NCBI GenBank assembly: GCA_965240325.2
Contig: OZ251224.1
Coordinates: forward strand, 4,154,001-4,218,000
DNA length: 64,000 bases
Source of the DNA: Rebecca billardiae RCC1528
Taxonomy: Eukaryota > Protista > Haptophyta
Direction: 5' to 3'
Shown here piece by piece: positions 22,590-34,061 of the stretch. Each line of letters opens with the position of its first letter. The stretch's first letter is position 1. The translations under genes and the position numbers were made by a program. Under the pieces are notes generated by a model. It was not told where the DNA came from. It did no database searches and saw nothing but the letters and a program-made list of their open reading frames with translations.

Positions 22590-23118
22590 GCTGCGCACTG
22601 GTAGCGTAGTGAGATGGCGGTGTGCTCTTGCATCAGCCGTCTGCTCTTGCATCAGCCGTCTCCGCGTCGAGGTGTCGTGGGCGATCTTCAAGCCGAAGAG
22701 CAAGCGGTCGTAGCCAGTGCCTGCGCGCGCGCCGCGCGCGCAAGCGGCAGCGCGCCCAGCCAGCGCGCGCGGTCAGTCGTGCAGGGAGGCAGTGCGCGCG
22801 CGCGCCGCCCGCATGCGCGGTGGGGCGCACCAATGGAGAGGACGCCGAACGAGAGCTCGATGTTGGAGAACGTGGGCTCGTTCTGGAACACCATCTCCAG
22901 GTCGAGGTGCGAGAGGAACTGCCGGATGCGCCGCGTGAACACATAGTCCTGAGAGCACGGGGCGCTAGACTAGACGGCGCGGCAGCGGGGTGAGCGGCGG
23001 CGCGCGCGCGTGCGTTGGCGCGCGTCGGCGCGCACGTCGGCGCGCGCACCTTGGAGAGCGCGAGGAGCTTGAGCAGCTCCTCGTTCGCCTGAGCCGCCGG
23101 GTCGAACGCCTGGACTTC
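22590..23118 (-). pseudogene. Spliced gene fragment of unknown function, apparently frameshifted by a 19-bp tandem duplication
   Basis: Exons 23118-23050, 22948-22831 and 22720-> are joined by GT-AG introns (22949-23049, 22721-22830) into EVQAFDPAAQANEELLKLLALSK-DYVFTRRIRQFLSHLDLEMVFQNEPTFSNIELSFGVLSI-GTGYDRLLFGLKIAHD. Duplication TGCTCTTGCATCAGCCGTC at 22623-22641/22642-22660. Confidence 0.55.
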
Positions 23119-23595
23119 CTGCAAGGGGGGGCGGGGGTCACACGAGTGACGGGGCAGTTGGTGCGGCGGCAGTTGCGCGGTCAGTTTATCGCGCGCGAGG
23201 GCGGATCTGGTGCATTGCGTCATTCGCGATGCGTAGGTGGAGCAGTCGCGCGTTCGTACGTTGCCCGTCCAGTGCGCGCATGCGTGCGGCGCGCACAGTT
23301 CGCCGCGCCGATTCGCCCGGCGCTCGTGCTCGCACGCGCTGACGGCTGAGCGTGTTCTACTCGCTTGCGGCGCCTTTGCGCGTTGAGGCTGAGAGAAGTG
23401 CAGCTGGAGGATTGGAGCAGTAGTAGTAGCGTCTGATGATGGCTCTCTGGGATGATGGCGGCGTTGAACGAGCGAGAGCAGAGCGCTGGGCTGCGGGCAA
23501 GGCGACGGTTCCGAACATCGCGGCCGATGATGACGAGCTGCGTCTGCGGGTGGTAGTCCTTCAAAATCAAACGCGCGGGTTCGGGGTTGCCGGAC

Positions 23596-23650
23596 GACTA
23601 GTCCGGAAATAACGGCGCGCCGTCGGCGTGCCGTTATTTCCGGACTAGTC
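23596..23650. repeat. Near-perfect 55-bp palindrome
   Basis: GACTAGTCCGGAAATAACGGCGCGCCG-T-CGGCGTGCCGTTATTTCCGGACTAGTC; 27-bp arms with one G-T mismatch. Confidence 0.9.
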
Positions 23651-24607
23651 CGGCACGGCGCCGTACAAGGCATCAATACCAGCAGCGTGCGGGGTGCGCT
23701 GCCTCCGGGGGGGCGGTGAGTACTGCATTCATAAGCCAGCATAGAAGCAACCTGCGGTAAGGGGATACTTAATCGATGCTGGTAAGTCCTCAGCTGCTAC
23801 GCTAGGGGTGCAGGCGTGCCGAGCTTAATCCGGATCCCGAGGGGGACGCACCCGCTTCCGTGTAGTTATGGTATGTCGACGATAATTGACGACACTACCG
23901 AGCTGCCTCCGGGGGGACGTTTACTATGTGGCGCTTGCCGGAGCGTATGTAGCAGCCGCGCCCCGGCTCGGTCGGGTGATGGGGTAGGGTAGGGACGACG
24001 AACGTCGGAGGGCGTAGGGACTAGGGTAGGGTTGATGGGCGCTCGCTGGTCGGTGGCGGTGGGGCAGTGGGGCGTGCACTGTGCGCGTGCTGCGGGGGCG
24101 CCCAGGCACCCTGCCCGAGACGAGCCAGCGGCTGTGCGATGTGCCAGGCGGCCAGAGCCTAGGCTGCCAGCACTGCTGCTGCGCGCGCATGAGTGGCGGG
24201 CCCGAGTGCCACACGCAGCATCGTGCTGCATGCGGGCAAGACGCTGCGTCGGAGCTGGCTGGAGCTGGAGATGGGCGCGCGCTGCTACTCGTCGCGCCGG
24301 TCGCGCCAAGCACGCGCATGCTCTGCGACGTGCTGGCAGCGGGCATAGAGGAGGCGCCCGTCGCGCGCCTCACCGTCTTGGCGACGCGCTGCCTACGTGC
24401 TCGGCGTTGCGCGCGGCACCGTTGGCACCCACTGGCGAAGCTGATGCCATGCCTGAGCGCCGCGACCTGCGGCACGGGCACTTTTGACCTGCAGCTAGCG
24501 CACGGCGCGGCGAGGCGCCCGGTGGACGAGCTGCGGGGCGTGGGCGCAAAGGATGAGTCGGTGCGCACAGCAACTCAGCAAGAGGCACACAGGCGGCGTG
24601 CGCACCA

Positions 24608-25350
24608 CGCGTGGCTCGCCGCTCGCGCTAGCCGCTGGCCACCAGGCGAGCCGCTCGCCCTGGGCGCATCGGCCCGCCTCCTCGCGCCGCCTGGCGCAGC
24701 ACGTGCGCACCGGCGGGCGCGCAGGTGACGGTAAGCGTGGCGCGACCGAGGGCGGCTCAGGGCTCACACCGCGCGCGCCGCGCCCACATCCATTTGTCCC
24801 CCCGGCGGCGCGCACGGGCGGCGCGCGCGCGGCACGTGGCTCGCCGCTAGCCACCAGGCGAGCCGCTCCCCTGGGCGCATCGGCCCGCCTCCTCGCGCCG
24901 CTTGGCGCGCCGCGTGCGCACCGGCGGGCACGCAGGTGACGGTAAGCGTGGCGCGACCGAGGGCGGCTCAGGGCTCACATCGCGCGCGCCGCGCCCACAT
25001 CCATTCGTCCCCCCGGCGGCGCGCACGGGCGGCGCGCGAGCGGCACGTGGCTCGCCGCTGGCCACCAGGCGAGCCGCTCCCCTGGGCGCATCGGCCCACC
25101 TCCTCGCGCCGCGTTGCTCGCCGCGGGCGCACCGGCGGGCGCGCAGGCGACTGTAAGCATGGCGCGACCGAGGGCGGCTCACCTTGCGCACGCCGCGCTG
25201 CCAATTTTTCATTCGTCCTCTTTCCCCCGGCGGCGGCGCGCGGCACGGGCCGCGCAGGCGCACGATTAGCCATCGGACCAGCCTATTGCACGCGGCACAT
25301 TCGCTTGTTCATACGAGCCACGCGCGCGCGGCGTAGCGAGAGCATGCCCC
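24608..25350 (+). repeat. Tandem 211-212-bp repeats (~2.7 copies) plus a terminal segment
   Basis: CCACCAGGCGAGCCGCTC recurs at 24639, 24851 and 25062 with conserved intervening sequence. Confidence 0.9.
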
Positions 25351-25811
25351 TAGTCGCGGCGCAGTACCAGCATAGCCTACCAGCCTACCAGCAGCCTACC
25401 AGACTGAGCACGCAGTGTCAGCCCACTGCGGGCAGTGCCAGGCCGCAGGCGGCCGCCCCGGCGCGGTCGAACCGTCCCGGCTGCCTACTCACTACGTATA
25501 TATATAGCTAGACCAGCAGCCCGTAGTACCACCCCGGCCGTACCGCGCAGGACGACCGTACACTTTGACTCGGCCAGTGTCGGCTCAGCGCAGCCGAGCG
25601 GCACGGTGGACGACCGACACGGCAGATTACTGGTCGTCATCACGCATATATGTGCGTGTCAGGCTATATATATATTACATCAATAATATATAGTATTATT
25701 ATATTACATTAAACGCGGGCGGCTCGGTGATGACGGTCTGACGGACTCGGACGGTCGACTCTGTGGCCTCGATGATACTCCGTCGGCTCGCAGACAGATA
25801 TATGCGCTAAA

Positions 25812-25815
<4 letters not shown>

Positions 25816-25866
<51 letters not shown>
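25816..25866. repeat. (TA)n microsatellite
   Basis: Perfect AT dinucleotide run. Confidence 0.97.
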
Positions 25867-25869
<3 letters not shown>

Positions 25870-26336
25870 CAGCAGCAGTAGGCAGCTGTTACTCTCGGAG
25901 ATGCGCGCCCCGTGCTATCCCGTATCCGGTACGCGGGCTGCGCTGCGTCGTCAGACTCAGACGAACGATGATCGCTCGATGCTGATGATGCATGTTGCGC
26001 GCTGTCATACTGCGCTAGCTTATGGCCGCTGGCGGGCCCGCTGGAGGCGCGGGGCGGCCCGAGCGCCGCCGCCGGCCGAGCCGCGGGCCCGCCACCCGCG
26101 GCACGGCCGCCGGCGGGGCCCCCGCCGTCAGTCAGGCACTGGCACGGCGCCTCGGCGGCGGCGGCGTAGCGCCGCCCGCGGACTGACAGCAAGTGACGAC
26201 ACGCGACTCCGACAGCCAAAGCACGTATAACTATAATAATATTACTATCGTCTGGCAGTCGATCTGGTAGGTACACTGATAGGCTGGTCTTCAGCTAGCT
26301 ATGCTGGTGCTGCGCCGTGCGGGCGGCGTGAAGCCG

Positions 26337-26665
26337 GGGGCGTGCTCTCGCTCCGCTGCGCGCGCGTGGCTCGCCAGTGGAAAAGCGCGAATGCGCTGCG
26401 TGCGATAGTCGGTTCCGATGGTCAACCGCGCGCCCTGGCGGCCCGTACCGCGCGCCGCCGCCGGGTAGACAAACGGGGGCGCGGCGCGCGCACGGCGAGC
26501 CGCCCTCGGTCGCGACATGCTTACTGTCGTCGCCTGTGCGCCCACCGGTGTGTACGCGGCGAGCCGTGCGGCGCGAGGAGGTGGGTCGATGCGCCGATCA
26601 GGGCCAGCGGCTCGCCTGGTAGGCAGCGGCAGGCAGCGGCGAGCCACGAGCCACGCGTGCGCCGC
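26337..26665 (-). repeat. Diverged inverted copy of ~25040-25350
   Basis: GGGGCGTGCTCTCGCT...CGAGCCGCCCTCGGTCGCGACATGCTTAC...GCGGCGCGAGGAGGTGGG...GCGGCTCGCCTGGT is the reverse complement of the last unit and end segment. Confidence 0.8.
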
Positions 26666-27332
26666 TCGTGCACGCCATGGCATGCCCAACGGCGCAGGCT
26701 TGAAGCGGCATGGCGCGCGCCCATGATGGCCCCACCTCGAGGATCGACCAGGTCAGGCACGGCGCGTTGCCCGGTGCGAGTCCGCCTGGTGCGAGTCCTC
26801 GCCCGCCTGGTGCGAGTCGTCGTCGTCTCGTCGAGCTGAGCCGAGCACCGTCGGAGGGAGGGCGGACACGCGCTGTGTGAACCGGGCAGAGCTTGCAGGA
26901 ACCGCTGCGAAGCGGAGGCGAGGTGGCGAGCAAGCATCGTCACTGCGCGCAAGTCTCTGGAGCCGGCGAAGTTCTATCCTCGAGGATCCGCTGAGACATG
27001 GTTTTCCTCCAAGTCCCGCGCCGATCCTCGAGGATACGTCTGCCCCTTCTCTCTCCTCTGAAAACTTATGCCAGCTTCTTGTTTTCTATGTGTACGAAGT
27101 GTATACAGGAGAGCTGCGCCCTCGTGCCTGTGTCTTTAAATCATAGAAAACAGCGGGGGCCTAGCGGCCTTTTCCCGGTGGGGCTGGTCGAACACAGCGC
27201 GTCTAGGACGCGACGGAAAGCTTGCCAGGGCCGGCAGACCCGACGACGATGGGACGAGTTGGCCGTTCAGCGCTGACTAACGGTATCATCCGGGCTGCCG
27301 CGTCTTCGCGCGTCGCGCGTGCGATTTAGCCG

Positions 27333-28109
27333 TTAGCCAGGCGTCTGCAAGGCCCACCGAGGCGCCAGCGAGGCGCGCGTCGATGCAGTCGTCGCTGCGC
27401 ACGGCCGCTCGGGCACGGCGGCACGGCAACGGCACGCACCGATCACGCCGTGCGTGCGCGCGTCGGCCATCGACGCGTGGTAGTCGTGCAGCAACTGCAG
27501 CTCCGTGGGGTTTTCCGCACGTCGTGCGCGCTGCTGCTGCCGGACGCCCAGATGGCGCGCGACCGCGTCGGTCGCGGCGGCCTCGCGCGCCGCGCGCGGG
27601 GCGGCTCGACGCGCGGCGTGACCCTCGCGGCGCTCCGCGTTGCGCGCCTCGTCCACGCCGTTCAGCGTGCTCGCCAGCCGCGCGCGCAGCTGCGCGAGGC
27701 ACGCGTCGAGCGCTGCCGGCGTCTCGCAGTTTGGGTGCGAGGCCGCGGGCGCGCGCGCGCCGGGGCGCGTGGCCTCGTGCGGGTGCACGGCGAGGCGCGC
27801 CAGGTCCACAAACGGCTCGTCGCGCAGTTCCAGCGCGCGCAGCCCGGCGACGCGCGCGTCCCAGCGCGCGACGTGTTTGGACAGCGCGTTCGACATGCGC
27901 GCGCCGCCCGCGTCGCCCTCGCCGCGGTACCGGCGGATGAGAATGGCCAGGGCTGCACGCACGTTGGCGAATTGCGCGCACGCCGCCGCGCTCCGCCTCC
28001 GCATCTGCACGACACACGCCGCGTAGACCACGAACGAATCCAGCTCGTGCACGACATCGTCAGCCGACGTGGCGATGTCGGGCCGACGGCGGCCAAAGTC
28101 ACGACTCAC
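27333..28109 (-). CDS. Hypothetical protein or gene remnant
   Basis: 258-aa ORF (non-ATG start in the track) with a protein-like middle (DDVVHELDSFVVYAACVV...ELRDEPFVDLARL...NPTELQLLHDYH); no family recognised. Confidence 0.3.
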   Translation of the reverse strand: MSRDFGRRRPDIATSADDVVHELDSFVVYAACVVQMRRRSAAACAQFANVRAALAILIRRYRGEGDAGGARMSNALSKHVARWDARVAGLRALELRDEPFVDLARLAVHPHEATRPGARAPAASHPNCETPAALDACLAQLRARLASTLNGVDEARNAERREGHAARRAAPRAAREAAATDAVARHLGVRQQQRARRAENPTELQLLHDYHASMADARTHGVIGACRCRAAVPERPCAATTASTRASLAPRWALQTPG

Positions 28110-28259
28110 GATGTGCCCGTCCCGACCAGGGACCCGGCGTCGCGGCAGGCGCTTTCCGTACCGTTACCGTATTGTATAGGCGGTATGAACTGGGTAAGGG
28201 GGTACCGCTAAGATCGCCGCCAGATTTGTGGGAATCGCAACGACATCTCTATGCGGCGC

Positions 28260-28357
28260 GCGCAAAAATTAACCACATGCGCTTCGATTCCCGAGGCGGG
28301 CCCTAATTGGCGCAAAAATTAACCAAGTGCGTTCTCGATTCCCGAGGCGTGCCTAAT
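28260..28357 (+). repeat. Two tandem 50-bp units GCGCAAAAATTAACCA...TCGATTCCCGAGGCG..CCTAAT
   Basis: Copies start at 28260 and 28310. Confidence 0.85.
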
Positions 28358-30266
28358 CATAAAACGTTTGAGGCCCCATTGTTCGTATTCCTACTCCGGT
28401 ATTACTTTCCCCAGCAGTACGTCACACCCAATTAAAGGGGGTCGGAGCTGGGTCTCCCAGGGCTTTCTCACGAATTAAAATTGTTTAAAGCTGTGTTCAC
28501 CAGAATTAGTCCGGACGCTTCTCGTCGCCGGGCTCGCCGCCAAGTGCGGGGACCCCTCGCGACGGCCGCGCCGCCGCGCGTAAGGGTGGCGACCCGCACC
28601 TCACGCCGGCCCGCGCATTCGGCGGGGCGCGCGCGGAGCGCGCCGCGCGCGGGCGCGTCGGCCCGTACGCTCGGAGCCCCGGGGGAGTTCACTCCGAGCG
28701 CGCCGCGCCGCGCCCGTCGCGCCGCGCTGCGGCGTGCGCCGTGCACGCGTTCAGTGCGGCTCGGGTGCCGAGCGCCGCCGCGGAGCGGAACGAGAGCCGG
28801 GAGCGGGTGCGCTGGCGCGGGCGGGGTGTGGAGGCACGCTACGGGAGTCTACCTCTCGTGCCGCGCGCGCGCGCCCGCTCGGCGCCGTCACTTGGCGCGG
28901 CCGTAGGCGTCCAAGCGTCGATGGTTGGCCTCGCCTGGGGGCCGTAACGCTTGACGAGACCGAGCACGGTGCTGACGAAATCGAATACGCACCGGCACCG
29001 GCCCATGGAAGCCCGCCGCGCGCTGTGGCCGCGCGCCGCGCGCACATCAGGCGGGGCGCGCGCGGAGTCCGCCGCGCGTGGGGGCCTCAGCCAGTACGCT
29101 CAGGCCCCCGGGGGAAGCGCATGCGACCTCGCCGCGCCGCGCCCGTCGCGCCACGCCACGGCGTGAGCAGTGCGTCCCGGTTCGACCAGGGTCGCGGCGC
29201 GCGCCGCTGCACGCTACCACTGGGGCGGATGGTGCGCGCCGCGCGCGCGGGGGCGGCTTGTGGAGGCGGGCGGTGACGGCCTGGCTCGCCTGCCGCGCGC
29301 GCGCCGCCCTGCGTTGCGTCCTGAACTCTCCGTGCTCGCAGGGTGCGGATGCTGCACGAGAGCCAGTGCTGTGACTCTCTGTGACGGGCTGGGCTGGGCT
29401 GCTAGGCGGCTGCGGGCCTCCCGTGTGGGTTGGATGGATGCCCGCTGCGACGCTGGCCGCACGATTGCGTCCTTCCGCTTTGCCTTGCCCTTGGCAGCTG
29501 CGCCACCGTTGTGCGGCATGTGCTGCCAGGTGAGCGAGGCTCGCTCCTCGGGCGGCTGGATGACCACAATCGCGGATGGCTTGGTGCGGACGGGGTGGTC
29601 TTGGTCCCCTGTCTCATCGCCAGCACGTTGCGGCTGCAGCAGCCGCAGGCGTGTCTGCTTGATGGGCTCCGGCCGGCAGCCCAGACTCCATTTTACCTCT
29701 CACATCAGTGGGCCTTGGGGCAGTGAGCTGGTGTCAGGTGTGACGCCGGGCATCAAGCCTGAATCGGCAGGGAGGCGGAGGGAGCGCACCACGGTGGGCC
29801 AACCGGCCAGTGCACGGCGCGGTTGGCTCGCTCGCACTGCGTCTGCGGCGCCTGGCCGGCACCAGGGTGCGTTCGTAAGATTCCTATAGTTTACCGCGGA
29901 TCGTGTCAGACGTCACAGCCCATTGATGCGCGTCAGTCCGAGGTTAGCCAGCACGAGCACAGCCAAGGGGAAGCTATGCCGGAACCAAGTCGTGCTGCAC
30001 AGGTGGCGCCACACCGCACACGAGGACTCGCCGGCTGCGGGCTGGTCCGACTCCGTCACTCGCATGGGCCACACTCCTCCGACCTCGACTGTCTCCTATG
30101 CTGGAACCAGAGATCGTCGTCTAGAAGGTGAGGCGGAACCTTGCGGGATGGTCACGGCGCTGGATGGACAGAGGGAGCGCTGCTGAGTGCTGGCGAGGAC
30201 ATCGTTTGCGCAGCACGGCCGGACGGCCGCGGACCATTTCTTCTTTACGGTTATTTTTCTGAAGAA

Positions 30267-31061
30267 ATGGATTTCCCCCTCCCGGCTTGCGCACGGGTGC
30301 GCAGGATGCAGAAGCCAGCCCCGGCGGTGAAGCGCAAGCGCGCGGAGGCGCCCACGCTGGACGCGCGTTCGGGGCGGGCGGCGCAGGGCGTGATCGACAC
30401 CGGAGGCGTCGGGCAGCTGGTTCGCGGGAAGACGTCGGCATTGAGCTCGGCGACGCGCACCTCCACGTCGGCCGTGCGGCAAGGGCTGGAGGACGCGCTG
30501 CGCATTAGCTGGCCCGCCCTCGGCACGGACGCCGCCGAGGCTGTGCTGAGCGCGCTGCATCGTGAGCTCTCGACCAGGCCAGATGTGTGTGCGCGTGCCC
30601 GTCGCGCGCGTACCATCCGTGGGCACCGCACTGGCGCAGCCACTGAGCCTGCCTCCGCGCGCGACGCGTCGGATGGCATCGTCATTGGCCTGAACGCGGT
30701 GAGCGCGGGCATGGAGCGCGGACAGCTCCGACTGGCCATCGTCGCGAAGGACGCGTGGCCGAGCGCATGCATGCAGCACTTACCGATGCTCGCCCACGTC
30801 GCGATGATGCCGCTCTGCCCGCTCGCCGACGCCGCCGCCCGCCTCGGCGAGTGTGTGGGCACGGCGCGCCTCGATGCGCTCGGCTTCTGCAAGGCGGCGC
30901 CGGACTGGGTGGCCGAGCTCGCGCGCGCCGTGCAGGAGCGGGCGCCGCCGATCGCCGCGCCCGCATGGTTTGCCCACCTCCCGTCACGGCGCAGTGATGC
31001 CACCGGTGGCACCGCCACAGCACGCGGCGACAGCAACATTGATGCAGATGTCAGTTTATAA
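30267..31061 (+). CDS. L7Ae/L30e-family RNA-binding protein, RNase P/MRP subunit Rpp38/Pop3-like (alternative ATG at 30306)
   Basis: IVIGLNAVSAGMERGQLRLAIVAKDAWP..CMQHLPMLAHVAMMPLCPL...RLGECVG...LDALGF fits the L7Ae pattern. The P-W-type motifs flanking it (ISWPAL; PAWF) resemble Rpp38/Pop3. Confidence 0.7.
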   Translation: MDFPLPACARVRRMQKPAPAVKRKRAEAPTLDARSGRAAQGVIDTGGVGQLVRGKTSALSSATRTSTSAVRQGLEDALRISWPALGTDAAEAVLSALHRELSTRPDVCARARRARTIRGHRTGAATEPASARDASDGIVIGLNAVSAGMERGQLRLAIVAKDAWPSACMQHLPMLAHVAMMPLCPLADAAARLGECVGTARLDALGFCKAAPDWVAELARAVQERAPPIAAPAWFAHLPSRRSDATGGTATARGDSNIDADVSL

Positions 31062-31232
31062 GCGGTCATCCATTTCCAACGGCAACGAAGTAACGATCGA
31101 CGATGCGGCGGGTTGCTGTAGTTAGGGTAGTAAGGGTAGGTCTACGTCGAAGTGAGACGCGACTCGGATCTAGCATGCTGTGTTGCTGACACGAGTACAC
31201 GACGTGCACAACATCATAACATGTCGTGTAAC

Positions 31233-31350
<118 letters not shown>

Positions 31351-31522
31351 CGGCTCCAGGCTTCGCTCCAGACTCCGCGGTCCACCCCGCCCCCAGCTGG
31401 CCGTTACGACTTACGTCTTGGCCCCGAGCCGAAGTCAACCAAGCGGACCATGCAGCAGCAGAGTCCCTTCGTCCGACCCCCGATTGATGAAGCCTTCAAC
31501 GAGAAATGGCGCGCATATCCGA

Positions 31523-31707
31523 CCACCTCCCAATAATAGGTTTTCGACAGACTCTATTTTTACTATGTAATTACCCGTCCCTTACTCAGATTTCAGCACA
31601 GTCCGGGAGCGTTCCGGACACCTGTACATACATACGCGAAAATTTCACCCGGACTGGGTATTTAGCTTTATAGAAAACAGAGTCTGAGTCGCCTATTGGA
31701 GGTGTGG
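31523..31707. repeat. Imperfect ~57-bp inverted repeat (fold-back, MITE-like) with an inner hairpin
   Basis: CCACCTCCCAATA..CAGACTCTATTTT..TACCCGTCC (31523-31580) pairs with GGACTGGGTA..AAAACAGAGTCTG..TATTGGAGGTGTGG (31651-31707). Inner GTCCGG-N7-CCGGAC at 31601-31619. Confidence 0.7.
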
Positions 31708-32094
31708 CTGATGATCCATCTGGCCGTAATATCGTCCAAGGTCGACTCGGTCTGGGGTGGTCTTTGTCAGACTTTGAGCTATTGTAGATCATCAGAGGCG
31801 GCGATTCCGCCGATTGCAGTGTCAAGATGTAACGCTCCAGTGACCGGACTGGGGCCGGGGGGGGGGGGACCGAAGCCGGAGCCACGTCCCTCTCTCTCCG
31901 TCTCGCTCTCTCCGTCTCTCTCTCTCTCTGGCCGCTCTGTCTCTCTCTAGCTCTCGGGCTCTCTCTCCGACTCCGTAAGTCGTAGTACTAAATAATCACA
32001 CAGGCTATACGAATTCATGATTTCTGCTATATTAAATTTTAACAGCGAGTCAGAGTAGATGAATAATATATATTAACGACGTGGTATATATGTG

Positions 32095-34061
32095 TAAACT
32101 TTTCTGAGGATAGCGCACCAGCAAAATCCCTTGACCGCCATCCGGATTTTACGGAGGCCGCGTTTGGACGCAGAAACGCGCGATGGCGAGGCCCGCCCTC
32201 GCACCACCGCTCTCGCGAGATCGCGACCGTGCGACCTGCGGCGTTGCGCTCGACGCGCTCTTTCTGCTCGGAGGCCGCGAGGACTCCCAGGTGCGCCAGC
32301 TCGCGAGCGCGCACCTTCCTCCTCGCCGCGCTCGCCGAGCACGAGCCGATCTGCAGCAGATGTGCAAGGAGCCGCATGTGGCCTTCCTCGCGCGCGCGGC
32401 ACGGCTGCACACGAAAATCGTTAGAGGGCACTTCTCCGCGCATTCTACATTTTGGGGAAAGAACGCCTGAACTGCACAAAAAGTGCCCTCTAACGCTTCC
32501 GCTCCTCGCCGTTGCGTGCACGCGCAAAGGAGCACTGCAAAGGGTGCGACTGGGAGCATTCCTTCTCCCGGGCGGCCACCACGGCCTCGGAGGTGGTGAG
32601 GAACGCGTCGGCGACCACGGCGTGGACCACCTCCGTCGCGCCGGACACTCCGGTCGCCCCTCGCCGGACTCCATCCTCGCTGCGCGCTGACCGTTTGCCG
32701 AGCGGGCTGCCCCGCCGCCTGCCCGGCGTGTGCCCGCGTGGTGACACAAGATGGTCGAAGGCGTGGCAGCGCGGTGGTGCGTGCGATCGGGGGACCCCAC
32801 CTGAGCTACGACACGGGCGCGCGCGCTCATCCGTGCTCATCACGGTGGTGCACGCGCGCGTCGCGCGCTGACGCTCGTCGGCTGTCGCGCGCTGACGGCT
32901 GGGCTGCTTTGGGGTGTCGGCGGCGGCCACAGCTCGCTGGTACGGGCGCGATGGTGGCTGCGAGTGGTACGCGGCGTTGCACCAGGTCCGTGTGCGTCAC
33001 GCACGACGCTCGGCCGGCTCGCCCTCGGACCATTGGCTGAGCCCTACTCGCCGCGCGCACTGCGCGCGGCAGCCGCTCCGCAGCTGCTCCGGGCACGAAG
33101 CGCGCCCCGCGCGCTGCACGTGGGCGCGACGAGGTGGTGCAGCGAGCATGCGCGAGAGTGTGCGCGTGATGGGCACCACAATGACGATACTTGCCATGCA
33201 CATCTGCCTCTCGCCACGCCTTCGTCACGATAGCTGCGACTGCTGCCCGGAGGTGCGCTCGAGCGCTCGCGCGCGTTTGAATCTGGGCTCGGCGGCGATC
33301 GCGTGGACGAGGGGCAGCGCGGTGCACGGTGGCGGAGCGCGTGCGGAGCGCAGCCTACACCTCCTACACGCTCCATCCAGACACATCGCGCATGCTCGCG
33401 CGGCCTCCTCGGTCCATCACGTGCGCGTGCGCGCGCGAGCAGGTGTGCATTCGCCGGGCGCGTTCACGGCGCGCCGCGTTGGCGCGCGCGCACCGATACC
33501 CGTGCGCAGCTCGACGAGCGAGCGCGGTGTGTTTCGATGCGTATGGGGAGGCTCGAATTTACGCGCGCGCACGCGCCGGCCCTCGCCGCCCCTTCGCTCG
33601 CCCACGCCTCATCTGCGCGCTCGGCGTTTGCAGGCAGCTGCGCATTCTTTCCGACACGTGCGCAAACGAGCAGATGGCGCTGGGCGAGGTCGATTGGTGC
33701 GTCAGATATTCGGCAACGACCAGGCCCGCTTGTGTGCCGCCGCTCGTGCTACTCTCGACGACCACCTCTGGCTCGGTCGCGCGCACGAGGCTGCTCGCGG
33801 CCGAATCGTGCCGTGTACCGTCAAGCTGTACCGTGCGCAGCGAGGCGCACTCAGACGTCGGCATGGGCTCGCATGCGAGGGCCCGGCAGTGCGACGCGTC
33901 GATGGAGCATGCTCCGGATACGCTTCGGCGCACTTCCCGACGCGCACGAGCCGCTCGAAGGCGCGGAAGGGCGCCCAAACGGGGCAACCGCCATTTTGCG
34001 CCACTTCGGCCCGGATGGCGGTCAAGGGAAATTGCTGGTGCGCTATCCTCAGAAAAGTTTA
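32095..34061. mobile_element. Non-autonomous TIR DNA transposon, ~1.97 kb
   Basis: 51-bp inverted repeats TAAACTTTTCTGAGGATAGCGCACCAGCAAAATCCCTTGACCGCCATCCGG (32095-32145) and 34011-34061, with 2 mismatches. The outer TA may be the target duplication. AT-rich flanks; no recognisable transposase inside. Confidence 0.8.

Noticed and set aside
23690-23830. TPP riboswitch or RNase P/MRP RNA
   Set aside because: Only loose fragments match (GGGGTGC, TGAG, AACCTG; AAGTCC...GCTTA). The CTGAGA/ACCTGAT consensus and CR-I to CR-V spacing are not met.
23975-24035. Interstitial telomeric repeat
   Set aside because: Only a few scattered TAGGG units, no TTAGGG tandem; the same applies to ~31120-31140.
28280-28350. 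tRNA genes suggested by TTCGATTCCC
   Set aside because: No D-arm, anticodon arm or acceptor stem can be formed.
31705-31760. Hammerhead ribozyme at CTGATGA
   Set aside because: No stem II followed by GAAA; other CTGATGA sites checked also fail.
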